Source: Nitrospinaceae bacterium (GTDB taxonomy: Bacteria; Nitrospinota; Nitrospinia; Nitrospinales; Nitrospinaceae). From it: 64,000 nucleotides of DNA. Positions within the stretch are counted from its first letter, which is position 1; every line of letters starts with the position of its first letter. The notes below the pieces were generated by a model. It was not told the origin of the DNA. It saw only the letters and a list, made by a program, of their open reading frames with translations, and made no database searches. The stretch lies in NCBI GenBank assembly GCA_965237905.1, contig OZ250172.1, positions 1,984,001 to 2,048,000 of the forward strand. Reading direction: 5' to 3'. A program made the position numbers and the translations under genes. Shown in pieces: positions 9,549 through 19,730 of this stretch.

Positions 9549-10565
9549 TTATCTTTTATGGAAATTTCTCTTTATCAAACTGGAAATATATCTTAAGGGT
9601 CTCGTTATTTTCCATGACTGACTTTTTTGAATTTGAAGAAGCTCCTGGTTGAGGCTGGCGATCTGTTGTTGGTAGGGAGCTCCGATTTTTTGCTCCTGAC
9701 GCGTCAAGTAGTGTAAGGCAGGGGCAAGGCGTGACAGCTCTTTTGAAAGATCGTCAAACACATCTTCGACTTGGGGCGAATCCAGCGCGATCTTGTCATT
9801 AGCCAATTGCTCCAGAAGCTCATAAGCGGATATAACCGGTGCTGGCACAGATGCGTCAAGGCGCAAATCCCGAGTTTCGTATCGTGTGTGACGTAGTCCT
9901 TCCTCCAGAAACTCATTCTTATAAGCAGCAAGAGCGGAAGGATCCGGCTCGGACAACCCAAGCGCATTGGCAACACACGCTAATTCCAACCCAGGATCGT
10001 CAAGCAGGCGGTCGTAATCAACCACCACGCGCTTGAAGTCTTTTGTGCCAACAATCGCCGGCACGACATGTTCCAACCACAAGTAGAAACTTTTCTCTGG
10101 CTCAAAACCATCCCGGTTTCGCAGGGATTGAGCAACACTGAGGGGGTTACGTAGGGCGATGACGTAACTAACATTATAGTCACCCTGCTCAAAAACACGT
10201 TGCCAAAATAATAATAACCGAGACATTCGGGGATCTTTAATGCCGAAAATGGAAATCTGTTTCGTTTTCTCTCGCAATAACTCAAGCGCACGTCCAAAAA
10301 AGCCCGTGTTGAGTATATTTAAAAGTTTTTCAGTGGTAACAGGCGCAAGGGAATGCCAGTCAGCGCCAACGGACTGCAATAGTTCAGCGTTGAACGCATT
10401 TATCTCTGCGTCTTCCCAAAAACCTTTTATATTGTCCGGATTTGCGGATAATAGCGAGCTCCCAAGCTCCACGCCTAACAACTGCAAACTGCGGGCGATA
10501 GCACTGGTACCACTGCGGTGCATACCAAGTACGACGATGATGCGTTTTCCGTTCTCTTTATTCAA
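9549..10565 (-). CDS. Sulfotransferase family protein with short coiled coil and C-terminal SWKITRPLR helix
   Basis: GMHRSGTS PAPS-binding loop, KGFWE, KDPR and RNPLSVAQSL motifs. Confidence 0.85.
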   Translation of the reverse strand: MNKENGKRIIVVLGMHRSGTSAIARSLQLLGVELGSSLLSANPDNIKGFWEDAEINAFNAELLQSVGADWHSLAPVTTEKLLNILNTGFFGRALELLREKTKQISIFGIKDPRMSRLLLFWQRVFEQGDYNVSYVIALRNPLSVAQSLRNRDGFEPEKSFYLWLEHVVPAIVGTKDFKRVVVDYDRLLDDPGLELACVANALGLSEPDPSALAAYKNEFLEEGLRHTRYETRDLRLDASVPAPVISAYELLEQLANDKIALDSPQVEDVFDDLSKELSRLAPALHYLTRQEQKIGAPYQQQIASLNQELLQIQKSQSWKITRPLRYISSLIKRNFHKR

Positions 10566-10798
10566 GTTATTGTAATCTCTTGCGAAGGATTATTCAAAAG
10601 CGCAACCTCTGCCACACACTTGAAGCCTACTATCCCGGTAGAGGCACCGACGGAGAGGATGGAGCATTGATTGTCATCGATATATAAAAGGCCGCCGAAA
10701 ACACCGGGGCAACTCACTAAAAGCTTTTCTTCAGCATTGATTTGATATTTTAGATCGTTGTTTTTGGCCATCATGAAATTCTGCGCGATCAGGTACAT
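10562..10798 (-). other. Short ORF or gene remnant of unknown function
   Basis: 78 aa ORF overlapping the sulfotransferase start; no clear family motif. Confidence 0.3.
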
Positions 10799-10879
10799 TG
10801 GTACAAGAATTGATCTAATACGGTCAGGTCTCTAAGCAATTTTCCCCCACTCTTTCTTCTACCGAATGGCCACACCAGC

Positions 10880-11596
10880 CTATCCCTTTTTTTCGGCCCC
10901 GGCCTGTTCGTAGCAAGCCAGTACTTCCTCGGTCGAACCAATCATTTTCGTCTCCGAACCTTCAAGCCAGACCACACGGTCGCAAAGGTCGCGTAACGTG
11001 TCCATGTGATGCGAAACAATAAGTACGGTCTTATCGGAAAGAATACGCTCCTTCACTATCTCCGTTGACTTTTGCCTAAAGGTTGCGTCTCCGATCCCGA
11101 GAACCTCATCAATCAGCAGAATGTCAGGGTTGGTTTGTATAGACACCGCAAATCGTAATCTGGCCCTCATCCCGGCAGAATAGGTTCGCGCCGGCTGATC
11201 AAAAAATTCTCCCAACTCGGTGAACTCCTGAATATAAGAAAGCTTAGCTTCTATCGCCTTTTGACTCACTCCCTGCAGCATGGCGTTCATAACCGCATTG
11301 TGCCGACCGGATAATTTGTGGTGTAACCCAACAAATAGACCCAGCAGGGAAACGCTGTTCCCGAATGACTCTACCGAGCCGCAATCCGGATTTATAATCC
11401 CAGCCATCACTTGCAATAGAGAGGTTTTGCCTACACCATTGCGGCCCACAACGCCGAGCGTCTCCCCTTTTCTGACTTCAAAAGAAATATTCCTAAGAGC
11501 CCAATAATTGCTGGAACTAAAAAATCCCGTTTTCAGCCGGTACCGCACACCGACATTACAGATGCGCATCGCTATATGTTGATCCATATCGCTCAC
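10880..11596 (-). CDS. wzt: Polysaccharide ABC transporter ATP-binding subunit (no C-terminal CBM)
   Basis: GRNGVGKT Walker A, YSAGMRARL signature, LLIDE Walker B; 238 aa; overlaps the permease. Confidence 0.92.
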   Translation of the reverse strand: MSDMDQHIAMRICNVGVRYRLKTGFFSSSNYWALRNISFEVRKGETLGVVGRNGVGKTSLLQVMAGIINPDCGSVESFGNSVSLLGLFVGLHHKLSGRHNAVMNAMLQGVSQKAIEAKLSYIQEFTELGEFFDQPARTYSAGMRARLRFAVSIQTNPDILLIDEVLGIGDATFRQKSTEIVKERILSDKTVLIVSHHMDTLRDLCDRVVWLEGSETKMIGSTEEVLACYEQAGAEKKG

Positions 11597-12357
11597 TGTG
11601 ACGCCACCCTGGGGTATTCACGATCCCATTTTCTGATTAAAAAGAATACAATGGCCAGGAGTGCTACTGAGAATATCAGAACATTCCCTAAAGCAGACCA
11701 ATCCGGGTTTACCTGATGAAGAAAAATGGATCGATGGGCTTCAACCAGAGTTGCCATTGGATTTAAGTATAAAATTTTCTGGAAAACCTCGGGTCCAGAG
11801 CTGATATCAAAAAAAATCCCGGAGAGAATAAATACCAGTGTCAATCCGTTGTTTATCACTAATTTCAATTCTGGGACGAATGGTATAAAAACTGCGAAAA
11901 TACCAGCAACCCCGGCAGTTAATACAAATTGAACGAATATAACCGGAACCAGCCCCCACCAAACCCCACCAGGGTCTATCCCATAAATCATCAGGAAGAG
12001 GAGTAGTAATCCGAATGCAATTAAGAACTGATAAAAGCTTGATAGCAAAACTGCTGCAATGAAAACATGTTTTGGAACATAAATCTGTTGTATGATATGC
12101 GAACTTAAAATAATAGAGCTCCCACCCCTATGAACTGAACTGGCAAACCATTTCCATATAACCAATCCTGGAAGAAGAAAAGGAACAGCATCTGCGCCGC
12201 CGCGGAACCCGAGCACCTCAAAAACAAGATAAAAGGCTCCCATATAAACTGCCGGTTCCAGAATCCACAAAGATATTCCCAGGAAGCCCTCAGACACTTC
12301 TGCCCGGATTTCAGCGTAGGCGCGGTACAAGATTGTGTTTAGATGGTGGAGTGTCAT
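11593..12357 (-). CDS. wzm: Polysaccharide ABC transporter permease
   Basis: LG..W.ILEP, SGIFF and LNPM motifs; ~6 TM; 4-bp overlap with wzt. Confidence 0.9.
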   Translation of the reverse strand: MTLHHLNTILYRAYAEIRAEVSEGFLGISLWILEPAVYMGAFYLVFEVLGFRGGADAVPFLLPGLVIWKWFASSVHRGGSSIILSSHIIQQIYVPKHVFIAAVLLSSFYQFLIAFGLLLLFLMIYGIDPGGVWWGLVPVIFVQFVLTAGVAGIFAVFIPFVPELKLVINNGLTLVFILSGIFFDISSGPEVFQKILYLNPMATLVEAHRSIFLHQVNPDWSALGNVLIFSVALLAIVFFLIRKWDREYPRVASQ

Positions 12358-12482
12358 AATTGTTTTAACTGATGGAGGAGCGCTTTAGGTGCAAAGAAAA
12401 AGTTTTGGCGGAAAAATATTTTTAATTGATTCAAAAAAACCAATTTTAGCATTTTATCAGATTTTTGAAGCGGATCAAGCAA

Positions 12483-14411
12483 TCAGGTGGGGATTGAGGG
12501 TTTTTTGAGGCTCCAGGCATTGGAATTCATGGCATCGGCATCCTGCTCCTCCCCCGTGCCGAGTGACCAGAGAGCTTTAATCGTATCGTCATGGTTGCTA
12601 TTTTTCGCGATGCGGTATAGGGCGTCCAGTTTTGTTTCAAAATCGGAGATCTCGGGGGCTTGGGTGTTCAGGATTTTAATCTTTGTGTGGAACGTTGGTA
12701 CGGCGGTTTCATCGAGATTGATGAGCTCCTCCTGTAGCTTTTCCCCGGGCCGGATCCCGGTAAATTTGATTTCAATGTCCTGATCCGGAACATACCCGGC
12801 GATCTGGATCATCTTTCGGGCGAGGTCGACGATTTTGACCGGCTTGCCCATTTCCAGCAGGAATACCTTGCCTCTATCTCCAATCGCCGCGGCCTGCAAA
12901 ATCAGCTGGGCGGCTTCTGGAATGAGCATGAAATAGCGCTCCATCTCAGGATGGGTGACGGTGACTGCCCGCCCTTCGCTGATCTGCTTTTTGAACAGGG
13001 GGACGACACTGCCGTTGCTTCCCAGCACATTTCCGAAACGAACGATCATAAACCGGGTTTTACTGTTTCGTCCAATATGCTGAATAAATTTTTCCGCCAC
13101 CCGCTTGGTCATGCCCATCACACTGGAAGGCCGAACCACCTTGTCGGTTGAGACCAGGACAAATTTTTCCACAGCATACTTTTCGGAAGTTTCGGCTACG
13201 ATACGGGTGCCGATGACGTTGTTGATCACCGCTTCGTCCGGATTGTCCTCCATCAAGGGCACGTGTTTGTGCGCCGCCGCGTGAAACACCAATTGAGGTT
13301 GATGGTCCGAGAAAATAGTCTGGATTTTTTCTTTATTGGTAATTGAGCTGAAAACGAAATGCAGGCGCGTGTCCTGATGGCCGATGGGGAGCCCTGATCT
13401 CAATTCGTAAAGATAATTTTCACACCGGTCCACCATTATCAGGATGCTGGGGTCGTACTCCAGAATCTGACGGCACAATTCGGACCCGATCGATCCCCCC
13501 GCGCCGGTCACCAGTACCCGCTTGCCCTGTATCAAACTCCGGAGGGAAGCCAAATCCAGTGACACCTGATCCCTGCTCAGCAAATCCTGAATATCAATAT
13601 TTTTGATTTTCGAAATATGAACTTCCTTGGTGCCCAAGTCGGTGATGGAGGTGGCAATTTTATATTTGACTCTGCATCGGGTACAGATATCGATAACTTC
13701 TCCCAGGCTTTCGGTGGAGAGGGTATTGATCGCGATCAGCAGTTCCTTAATGCCCAGTTCTTCGGCCAGATCGGGGATTTCCTGCCGGTTGCCCAATACT
13801 TTAATCCCCATTAAGGAGTTATGGGATTTTTTCGGATCGTCATCGAGGAACCCGAGCACTTTATATTGTGGTGAAAACCTCTGGATATATCTGAGCAGAT
13901 GGGCTCCCGTATCACCCGCGCCCAGAATCAGAACCGGCATACGGTGGCCCTCATCCATATTGTTTTGTTGAATAAATCGTTCCCGGAATATTCTCCATCC
14001 CAACCGCGATCCACCCAGCATCATGATGAGCAGGATCATATCGATGATGATGACCGACCGTGGGATTAAAAGTGAACGGTTGTATAAGAAGGAGGTAAAA
14101 AGAACCAGGAGTGTGCCCGTGACCACTGCCTTGAGAATCTGAATCAGGTCTTCCATGCTGGAATATTTCCAGAAACGGGTGTAGAACCCGAAATAGAAAT
14201 AGGCGGCGGCACGGGAGATCAGCACTAAGGGAATCAGGCTGAAATAAATTACCAGGATTTCCGATGGAATGGTGCCTTCGTATCTCAACCAGTAGGCAAG
14301 ATATAAAGAGAGACACCCTAGAGCGATGTCAAATGCAAAAAGAGCGATGCGCCCCGGCCTAAACTGAAACCCACTCAATGAAAATTTCAAAAACAGTTCC
14401 CCTTTATTCAA
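12483..14411 (-). CDS. Membrane-bound UDP-GlcNAc 4,6-dehydratase (CapD/PglF/WbpM family)
   Basis: N-terminal TMs, GAGDTG, TGAGGSIGSELCRQ, HAAAHKHVP, STDK, RFGNVLGSNGSV and GIRPGEKL.EEL motifs. Confidence 0.93.
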   Translation of the reverse strand: MNKGELFLKFSLSGFQFRPGRIALFAFDIALGCLSLYLAYWLRYEGTIPSEILVIYFSLIPLVLISRAAAYFYFGFYTRFWKYSSMEDLIQILKAVVTGTLLVLFTSFLYNRSLLIPRSVIIIDMILLIMMLGGSRLGWRIFRERFIQQNNMDEGHRMPVLILGAGDTGAHLLRYIQRFSPQYKVLGFLDDDPKKSHNSLMGIKVLGNRQEIPDLAEELGIKELLIAINTLSTESLGEVIDICTRCRVKYKIATSITDLGTKEVHISKIKNIDIQDLLSRDQVSLDLASLRSLIQGKRVLVTGAGGSIGSELCRQILEYDPSILIMVDRCENYLYELRSGLPIGHQDTRLHFVFSSITNKEKIQTIFSDHQPQLVFHAAAHKHVPLMEDNPDEAVINNVIGTRIVAETSEKYAVEKFVLVSTDKVVRPSSVMGMTKRVAEKFIQHIGRNSKTRFMIVRFGNVLGSNGSVVPLFKKQISEGRAVTVTHPEMERYFMLIPEAAQLILQAAAIGDRGKVFLLEMGKPVKIVDLARKMIQIAGYVPDQDIEIKFTGIRPGEKLQEELINLDETAVPTFHTKIKILNTQAPEISDFETKLDALYRIAKNSNHDDTIKALWSLGTGEEQDADAMNSNAWSLKKPSIPT

Positions 14412-14646
14412 CGGTCAATAGACACCCCTTGAATACGGCGGCCCAAGGATTCCGGGCGTACCCGAATGTAACCTGGAACAGGGTATGCGTTAAGCATCGA
14501 AACTAAAAACCATTATAACAACAAATACTTGATAGCCCAAGTCCTATGGGGCCCTGGCTTGATTTCCCTCTGCCCGAACGCTCAGGGTCGGGCGGAAAGG
14601 GCTTTCTTTTGTGTCAGATACTCGATCAGATATCTGGGTAGTTTTT

Positions 14647-15720
14647 TCAGCGGATGATGACCCCGTGTTCCAACAAATATTCGTACAGCGTCTCTGCGGT
14701 GATCTTTTGTCCGGCGGAACCCCAATGGGTGTCGTTAGGCAAATAAACGTCCTGTACCTTATTGTTGATAGCAGATTCAATCGCAGCCTTCAAAGGTGGA
14801 ATGTTTAAAGCGTTCGCGGATTTGATCAGATCGTACCAGCTGTTATTTTTATATTTATCAGATTCCAGAAAGCTTGAATAGGCCGTTAATTTGTCGGGAG
14901 CCAGCAAGGTTACGAGTAAGGTTTTCCGGTTTTTTTGGATGGTATTCTGTAAGGCCGTAAACTTGCAAACCGCCTTTTTCACCTCCTCCTCTTTTGTATT
15001 CAGCTTTAACACGTCATCTCGATAAACCAGAAGGTAATCGCTCATTCGGTTGGAAAAAAAAGTATTTTGTTTCAGGGAAAATTTGAAAGCGCGTGTGGAC
15101 TTTTTGTTGATCATGATTTTAATATTGTGTTTTAAATAATGGACTCCGGTGCTGATATTGGGGTGAAGGAGGCCGAAAGGAGCCTCCCGTTCGTATGTGT
15201 TAATCGAGTGGTGCAAAGGTTTAATAGTAAGAGGGTTGCGGGAAAAATCAGGGTTGGGCAGTCGCCGGCAGTCTTCCTTCAGGCCGATTCGTTTTCCCCA
15301 GGCGGTAAAGGTGCGTTCCGAAGTTTCCAGGATGATGATTTTCGGAGGGGTCTTCCTGAGAGCCGGGCTTTTAAAAAACTCATCAAGGTCAACCCAGTCT
15401 AAATGATAGCTGACGATTGTCAGGCCGGTGAGTTGCACTAGATAATTCTGCCACTGGGAAAGCGGAAAATGGTGCGAGAACGAATCGCCTAGAACAATGA
15501 TGTCATAATACCGCTTATATGCAGAGCCGGATTCATAGTCATACAGTGTGGTTTCGAATATCTCTTGGGGAGCATTCCAGCCGAAGTCGTTTTCGGTATA
15601 GCCGTCCAGCCGGGTCAAGTCTCCGCTCAGAGGCTGCATGCCCACTCCCAAAGCAACAAAGACGATAAATAGAATCGACAATGGGACAACAATAATCAGG
15701 TTGTAATCTCGATAATTCAT
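14647..15720 (-). CDS. AlgJ/AlgX-like SGNH O-acetyltransferase partner
   Basis: LGDSFS and DTHW motifs, N-terminal TM; immediately downstream of MBOAT copy 2. Confidence 0.75.
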   Translation of the reverse strand: MNYRDYNLIIVVPLSILFIVFVALGVGMQPLSGDLTRLDGYTENDFGWNAPQEIFETTLYDYESGSAYKRYYDIIVLGDSFSHHFPLSQWQNYLVQLTGLTIVSYHLDWVDLDEFFKSPALRKTPPKIIILETSERTFTAWGKRIGLKEDCRRLPNPDFSRNPLTIKPLHHSINTYEREAPFGLLHPNISTGVHYLKHNIKIMINKKSTRAFKFSLKQNTFFSNRMSDYLLVYRDDVLKLNTKEEEVKKAVCKFTALQNTIQKNRKTLLVTLLAPDKLTAYSSFLESDKYKNNSWYDLIKSANALNIPPLKAAIESAINNKVQDVYLPNDTHWGSAGQKITAETLYEYLLEHGVIIR

Positions 15721-15723
15721 AGG

Positions 15724-17277
15724 TTAAAACTGAAAGTATAAGAATTCACTGATACCGGTCATGTTGAACAGGCACACAATGGCAATGATCAAAACCGCCA
15801 GGGACCAGCCTCGGTTGGGTTTCCATTGAATGAAATGAGTTTCTTTGGGATCTTCAATAAAATTGATGGCCGGTCCAAACTTCCGCATGATCTGCTGGGT
15901 GTTGGGTAATAGCCAGCACGCCAGTAACAGAGGAAGAGTCCAATACAGAAGAGCACGGTTGATGTGGATCGCCAGAATCCCGGTTTCCACCCCCCAGTCT
16001 TTCAGCAAGGGACCGATGCGGTGCATTTTGGCCATCCATGCCTCATTGATGGGGAAACCGTTGTACCCCACCATTCCCTCATACATTCTCATGGCCGCAT
16101 CCAGATTATCCGCACGAAAGATTACCCAGGCGATCACCACGACGATAAAAGTCAACATGCGGGAGGCGTGCCGATAAAGCCATCCCTGAAAACTCCAGCT
16201 CAAGGCACTGCGGATGGCCTGCCAGGCATGGTTGATAAAAAGATAAGCACCATGCAGTCCACCCCAGATCACAAACGTCCACCCCGCGCCGTGCCATAGC
16301 CCGCCCAACAGCATGGTAATTATCAAGTTAACGTATTGACGTGCAGGACCCTTCTGGTTGCCCCCCAGCGGGATGTATAAGTAATCCAACATGAATCGGG
16401 AGAGCGTCATGTGCCAGCGCCGCCAGAAGTCAATGATGTTCGTAGCTTTATACGGCGAATTAAAGTTGAGCGGCAGGCGTACCCCGAACATCCGGCCCAG
16501 GCCGATGGCCATGTCGGAGTACCCCGAGAAATCGAAATACAACTGGAAGGTGTAAGCCAGCGCCGCCGCCCAACCTTCAAAAAAAGTGATGTCCGCCCCT
16601 GTTGCGGCGGCATTGAACACGGGCGTTGAAAATTGCGCGACGGTATCGGCAATCATGACTTTCTTGAACAGGCCGATAAAGAAAATGGTAATGCCTATCG
16701 AAAAGTCCTCATGCTTGAATTTGTAGAGAGAATCCCTGGCGAATTGGTGCAGCATCTCCTTGTGGTGGACGATGGGGCCTGCGATCAGTTGAGGGAAAAA
16801 AGTGACGAACAGGCAATATTGAAGAAAATTATGCTCGCGGGTTTCACCCAGGTAAACGTCCACTAGGTAAGCAATTTGCTGGAACGTAAAAAATGAAATC
16901 GCCAGCGGCAGGATGATGGGGGCGAGATGAAATTCCGTGTCGAACCCCTGGTTCACGGCGATTACAAAAAAATTGGCGTACTTGAAATATCCTATGGCCG
17001 CCAGGTTGCCCGCGATGCCCGCCACTAGCAATCCTTTTTTCCCCAATGTAGAGTCGGAAGAACCCATGGCGAGGCCGACGCCAACGCTGTAATTGAACAG
17101 GACCGATCCGATCAAAAGACCCAGATAAGCCGGGTTCCACCACCCATAAAAGAAAAGGGAAGCGGCCACCAGCCAGGAAATGGCGATACGATGATGGCCC
17201 CAGGCGCCTATCCTGAAAAAAACGAATAAAGCGATGGGAACGAAAAATATAATGAAAGGATACGAATTAAACAGCAT
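15724..17277 (-). CDS. MBOAT family O-acyltransferase (AlgI/PatA-like), copy 2
   Basis: Same conserved MBOAT motifs as copy 1 (FWRRWHMTLS, GLWHGA, EFLYFQF). Confidence 0.93.
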   Translation of the reverse strand: MLFNSYPFIIFFVPIALFVFFRIGAWGHHRIAISWLVAASLFFYGWWNPAYLGLLIGSVLFNYSVGVGLAMGSSDSTLGKKGLLVAGIAGNLAAIGYFKYANFFVIAVNQGFDTEFHLAPIILPLAISFFTFQQIAYLVDVYLGETREHNFLQYCLFVTFFPQLIAGPIVHHKEMLHQFARDSLYKFKHEDFSIGITIFFIGLFKKVMIADTVAQFSTPVFNAAATGADITFFEGWAAALAYTFQLYFDFSGYSDMAIGLGRMFGVRLPLNFNSPYKATNIIDFWRRWHMTLSRFMLDYLYIPLGGNQKGPARQYVNLIITMLLGGLWHGAGWTFVIWGGLHGAYLFINHAWQAIRSALSWSFQGWLYRHASRMLTFIVVVIAWVIFRADNLDAAMRMYEGMVGYNGFPINEAWMAKMHRIGPLLKDWGVETGILAIHINRALLYWTLPLLLACWLLPNTQQIMRKFGPAINFIEDPKETHFIQWKPNRGWSLAVLIIAIVCLFNMTGISEFLYFQF

Positions 17278-17378
17278 TAGTTTAATTCAAATGTAACTGC
17301 AATGAGGATGCGTGGATTTTTTATCATGAAGGTCGTGATCAAAAAAGAGAGTATGACATGGGGAGCTGGCCGGTTTTT

Positions 17379-17981
17379 TTAAACTTTAAAAACCCTGGCT
17401 TGATCAAGGTATTGGATAATTTGCCCGGTACAATCCTCCACCGAATGTTCGGAGGTTTTGATATGAATTTCCGGCGACACAGGTGGCTCATAAGGAGAGG
17501 ATATGCCGGTGAAATCGTTGATCTCTCCCTTACGCGCTTTTTTGTAAAGTCCTTTGGTATCCCGTTCTTCGCAAACCGCCAGAGGGCAGTCGACAAAGAC
17601 CTCAATGAATCGGCCATCGTCCATGGATTGCCGCACCCAATCCCGATCTTCCCGGAACGGTGAAATGAAAGCTACGATCACCACGAATGCCTGATTGGCG
17701 AGCAATTTTGCCACTTCGCCGATTCTACGGATATTCTCTTTCCGGTCTTCTGCAGAAAACCCGAGATCCTGATTCAGTCCACTGCGGACCACATCCCCAT
17801 CCAAAATAGTAACCAACGCTTTCTGCTCGAAAAGAGCGTTCTCCAAAGCGATGGACACAGTGGTTTTCCCAGCACCGGATAAACCGGTAAGCCATACAAT
17901 AGTGCCTTTTTGTTGAAACCGTGCTTCCCGTTGATCGCAGTTTACTTTTTGAGGGGCTGATTGAGTTTGTGAAATTTTCAT
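17379..17981 (-). CDS. cysC: Adenylyl-sulfate kinase
   Basis: WLTGLSGAGKTT, LDGD..R, DRKENIRR, KGLYKKAR.GEI..FTGISSPYE motifs. Confidence 0.96.
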   Translation of the reverse strand: MKISQTQSAPQKVNCDQREARFQQKGTIVWLTGLSGAGKTTVSIALENALFEQKALVTILDGDVVRSGLNQDLGFSAEDRKENIRRIGEVAKLLANQAFVVIVAFISPFREDRDWVRQSMDDGRFIEVFVDCPLAVCEERDTKGLYKKARKGEINDFTGISSPYEPPVSPEIHIKTSEHSVEDCTGQIIQYLDQARVFKV

Positions 17982-18224
17982 GAAGGTCCTTGATTAAAAA
18001 TCAGTAAGTTTCATTTAGATTCCGGTTGTGGGTATGTTTCTGGAGGCGACCGGAAAGCATACTATTTAATTGTAGAAGGAAAAATTTCCTTAGACAAGAG
18101 ATATATAAATATCTGAATTAAAAGAGGGGAGACTTTTCTTGCTTCTGAGAAAATGTTTGGCTTGCGGCATCGATTTCCGCTCTGAAGAGTTGTCCAGTGA
18201 GACGGACCGGTTGGAGGTCTCCGG

Positions 18225-18977
18225 TTAATAAATATCCGATGACCAGTCCAGGCTCTCCAGGTGTTCCCGCAAATGGGAGATGGTCCGAAAACGGTCCAGA
18301 ATCAGCGACCGCTTGAGTCCACAGCAAATTTCCTTCACTGTGCCGGGCATGTTGGAATATCTTTTGGCTCCCCCCAGGCAATCGTAAAATATCCGGATCA
18401 ATTCGCAAATATCCTGTTGCCGTGTTTCCTTTTTCGCGATGGGGCCGTTGAACAGGTCCAACAGCTTGATCTCGAATGCCAGCCCGAACCGGTTGACGAT
18501 AATATTGTCGGTATGCAGATCGCCATGGGTCTCGTTCAGCAGATGGATTTCTTCAATCCCGCAAGCCAATGCATACAACAGGTGGAGCGCCTGATACGGG
18601 TGAAGCCTTTGTCCCGGAAATTTCTTCAAAAATTCCGATAACAAATCCCCTTCCACATAATCCGAGATCAAAACGGTGATCGGGATTTTCCGGACCAGCA
18701 GGATTTCTTCGGTGTGATACTGGATTAGGATAGGAACCTGGCGGAGCTTATGCAGTTTCTGGGCATAGATTTTGGCAGTTTTGTTGCCGAGGTTTCTCTG
18801 CGGAAAAAACAGTTTGGCCGCCCGTTCGATGCCCGTGCGAATTTCGCGGATCTTGTAGACCTCGCCCTCCCAGCCCGCACCCAGCAGGGAGAGGATCTCA
18901 TACTTCCCGGCTATTTTACGTCCCGATATGAGGTCGAACGAATTGATCACCGCTTTCAAAGCGCCCTTTTTTCCCAA
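18225..18977 (-). CDS. Hanks-type Ser/Thr protein kinase-like, catalytic domain only
   Basis: LGAGWEGEVY loop, AAK lysine, HGDLHTDN catalytic loop, KLLD. Confidence 0.8.
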   Translation of the reverse strand: MGKKGALKAVINSFDLISGRKIAGKYEILSLLGAGWEGEVYKIREIRTGIERAAKLFFPQRNLGNKTAKIYAQKLHKLRQVPILIQYHTEEILLVRKIPITVLISDYVEGDLLSEFLKKFPGQRLHPYQALHLLYALACGIEEIHLLNETHGDLHTDNIIVNRFGLAFEIKLLDLFNGPIAKKETRQQDICELIRIFYDCLGGAKRYSNMPGTVKEICCGLKRSLILDRFRTISHLREHLESLDWSSDIY

Positions 18978-19183
18978 GACAACTCTCCCTGATCAATATG
19001 AAAACCGATACTTCATTTTTACGGAAAAATCCCCTTTTGGCAATCGTTTTCCAGTCGAAATGAGAGAGCAAAAGAATGGTTGGGTATTCCGGGATGAACT
19101 CGGAAAGGGGTCGAAAAAATCGTCCCCACCGGCTCTTTAACAGAAGAGGGGCCGGCAGGGATGCAATGAAGTTGATCTTGAAA

Positions 19184-19600
19184 CTATTTGCTGGCGCAGA
19201 CGGCGGTCACCCCGCATTTGATGTAATGGTTGTTGATGCCAAAAAAATCCTTGGATTTCGGACCATGCCGACCCTCACACACGCAGGCATTTTCAGTCTT
19301 GCTCTTTTTGGCGCCATCCGGTCCCTTCATTTTAAAGGGATCGTCACCGGCTGTGCCCGATTCTGCCCACCACTTTTTACATTGGAAAAGCACGGGATAG
19401 TCATCGTCGCATTCGGCGGCCACAGTAATTTGGCCAGGGTCATCATCGGTTTCCTTGGTGCTGGACTCCCCCTGGGCTGAGAATTCCTTGAGGATCCGGG
19501 GCGCGTTGGGATCAACGGCTTTTCCGCCACAATGAATATTCATAAAGGCAAACAGTGTCAATATTAGAGCAGTGCCGAGACGGGTTGTGGAAATTTTCAC
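19184..19600 (-). CDS. Cys-rich putative lipoprotein
   Basis: Signal peptide ending IHC-GG; six further Cys; GAGG upstream of GTG. Confidence 0.65.
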   Translation of the reverse strand: MKISTTRLGTALILTLFAFMNIHCGGKAVDPNAPRILKEFSAQGESSTKETDDDPGQITVAAECDDDYPVLFQCKKWWAESGTAGDDPFKMKGPDGAKKSKTENACVCEGRHGPKSKDFFGINNHYIKCGVTAVCASK

Positions 19601-19730
19601 GGAGTGCCTCCTCGTTGGGTTAAACCGGTGTATATCTCAAGGTACAATAAACTCAATGAGGTAGCAATACATTTACATATAATTTCTATTTATTTGCGGC
19701 GGGTTTTGGCCTTCCCGAAGCCTGATTCAA

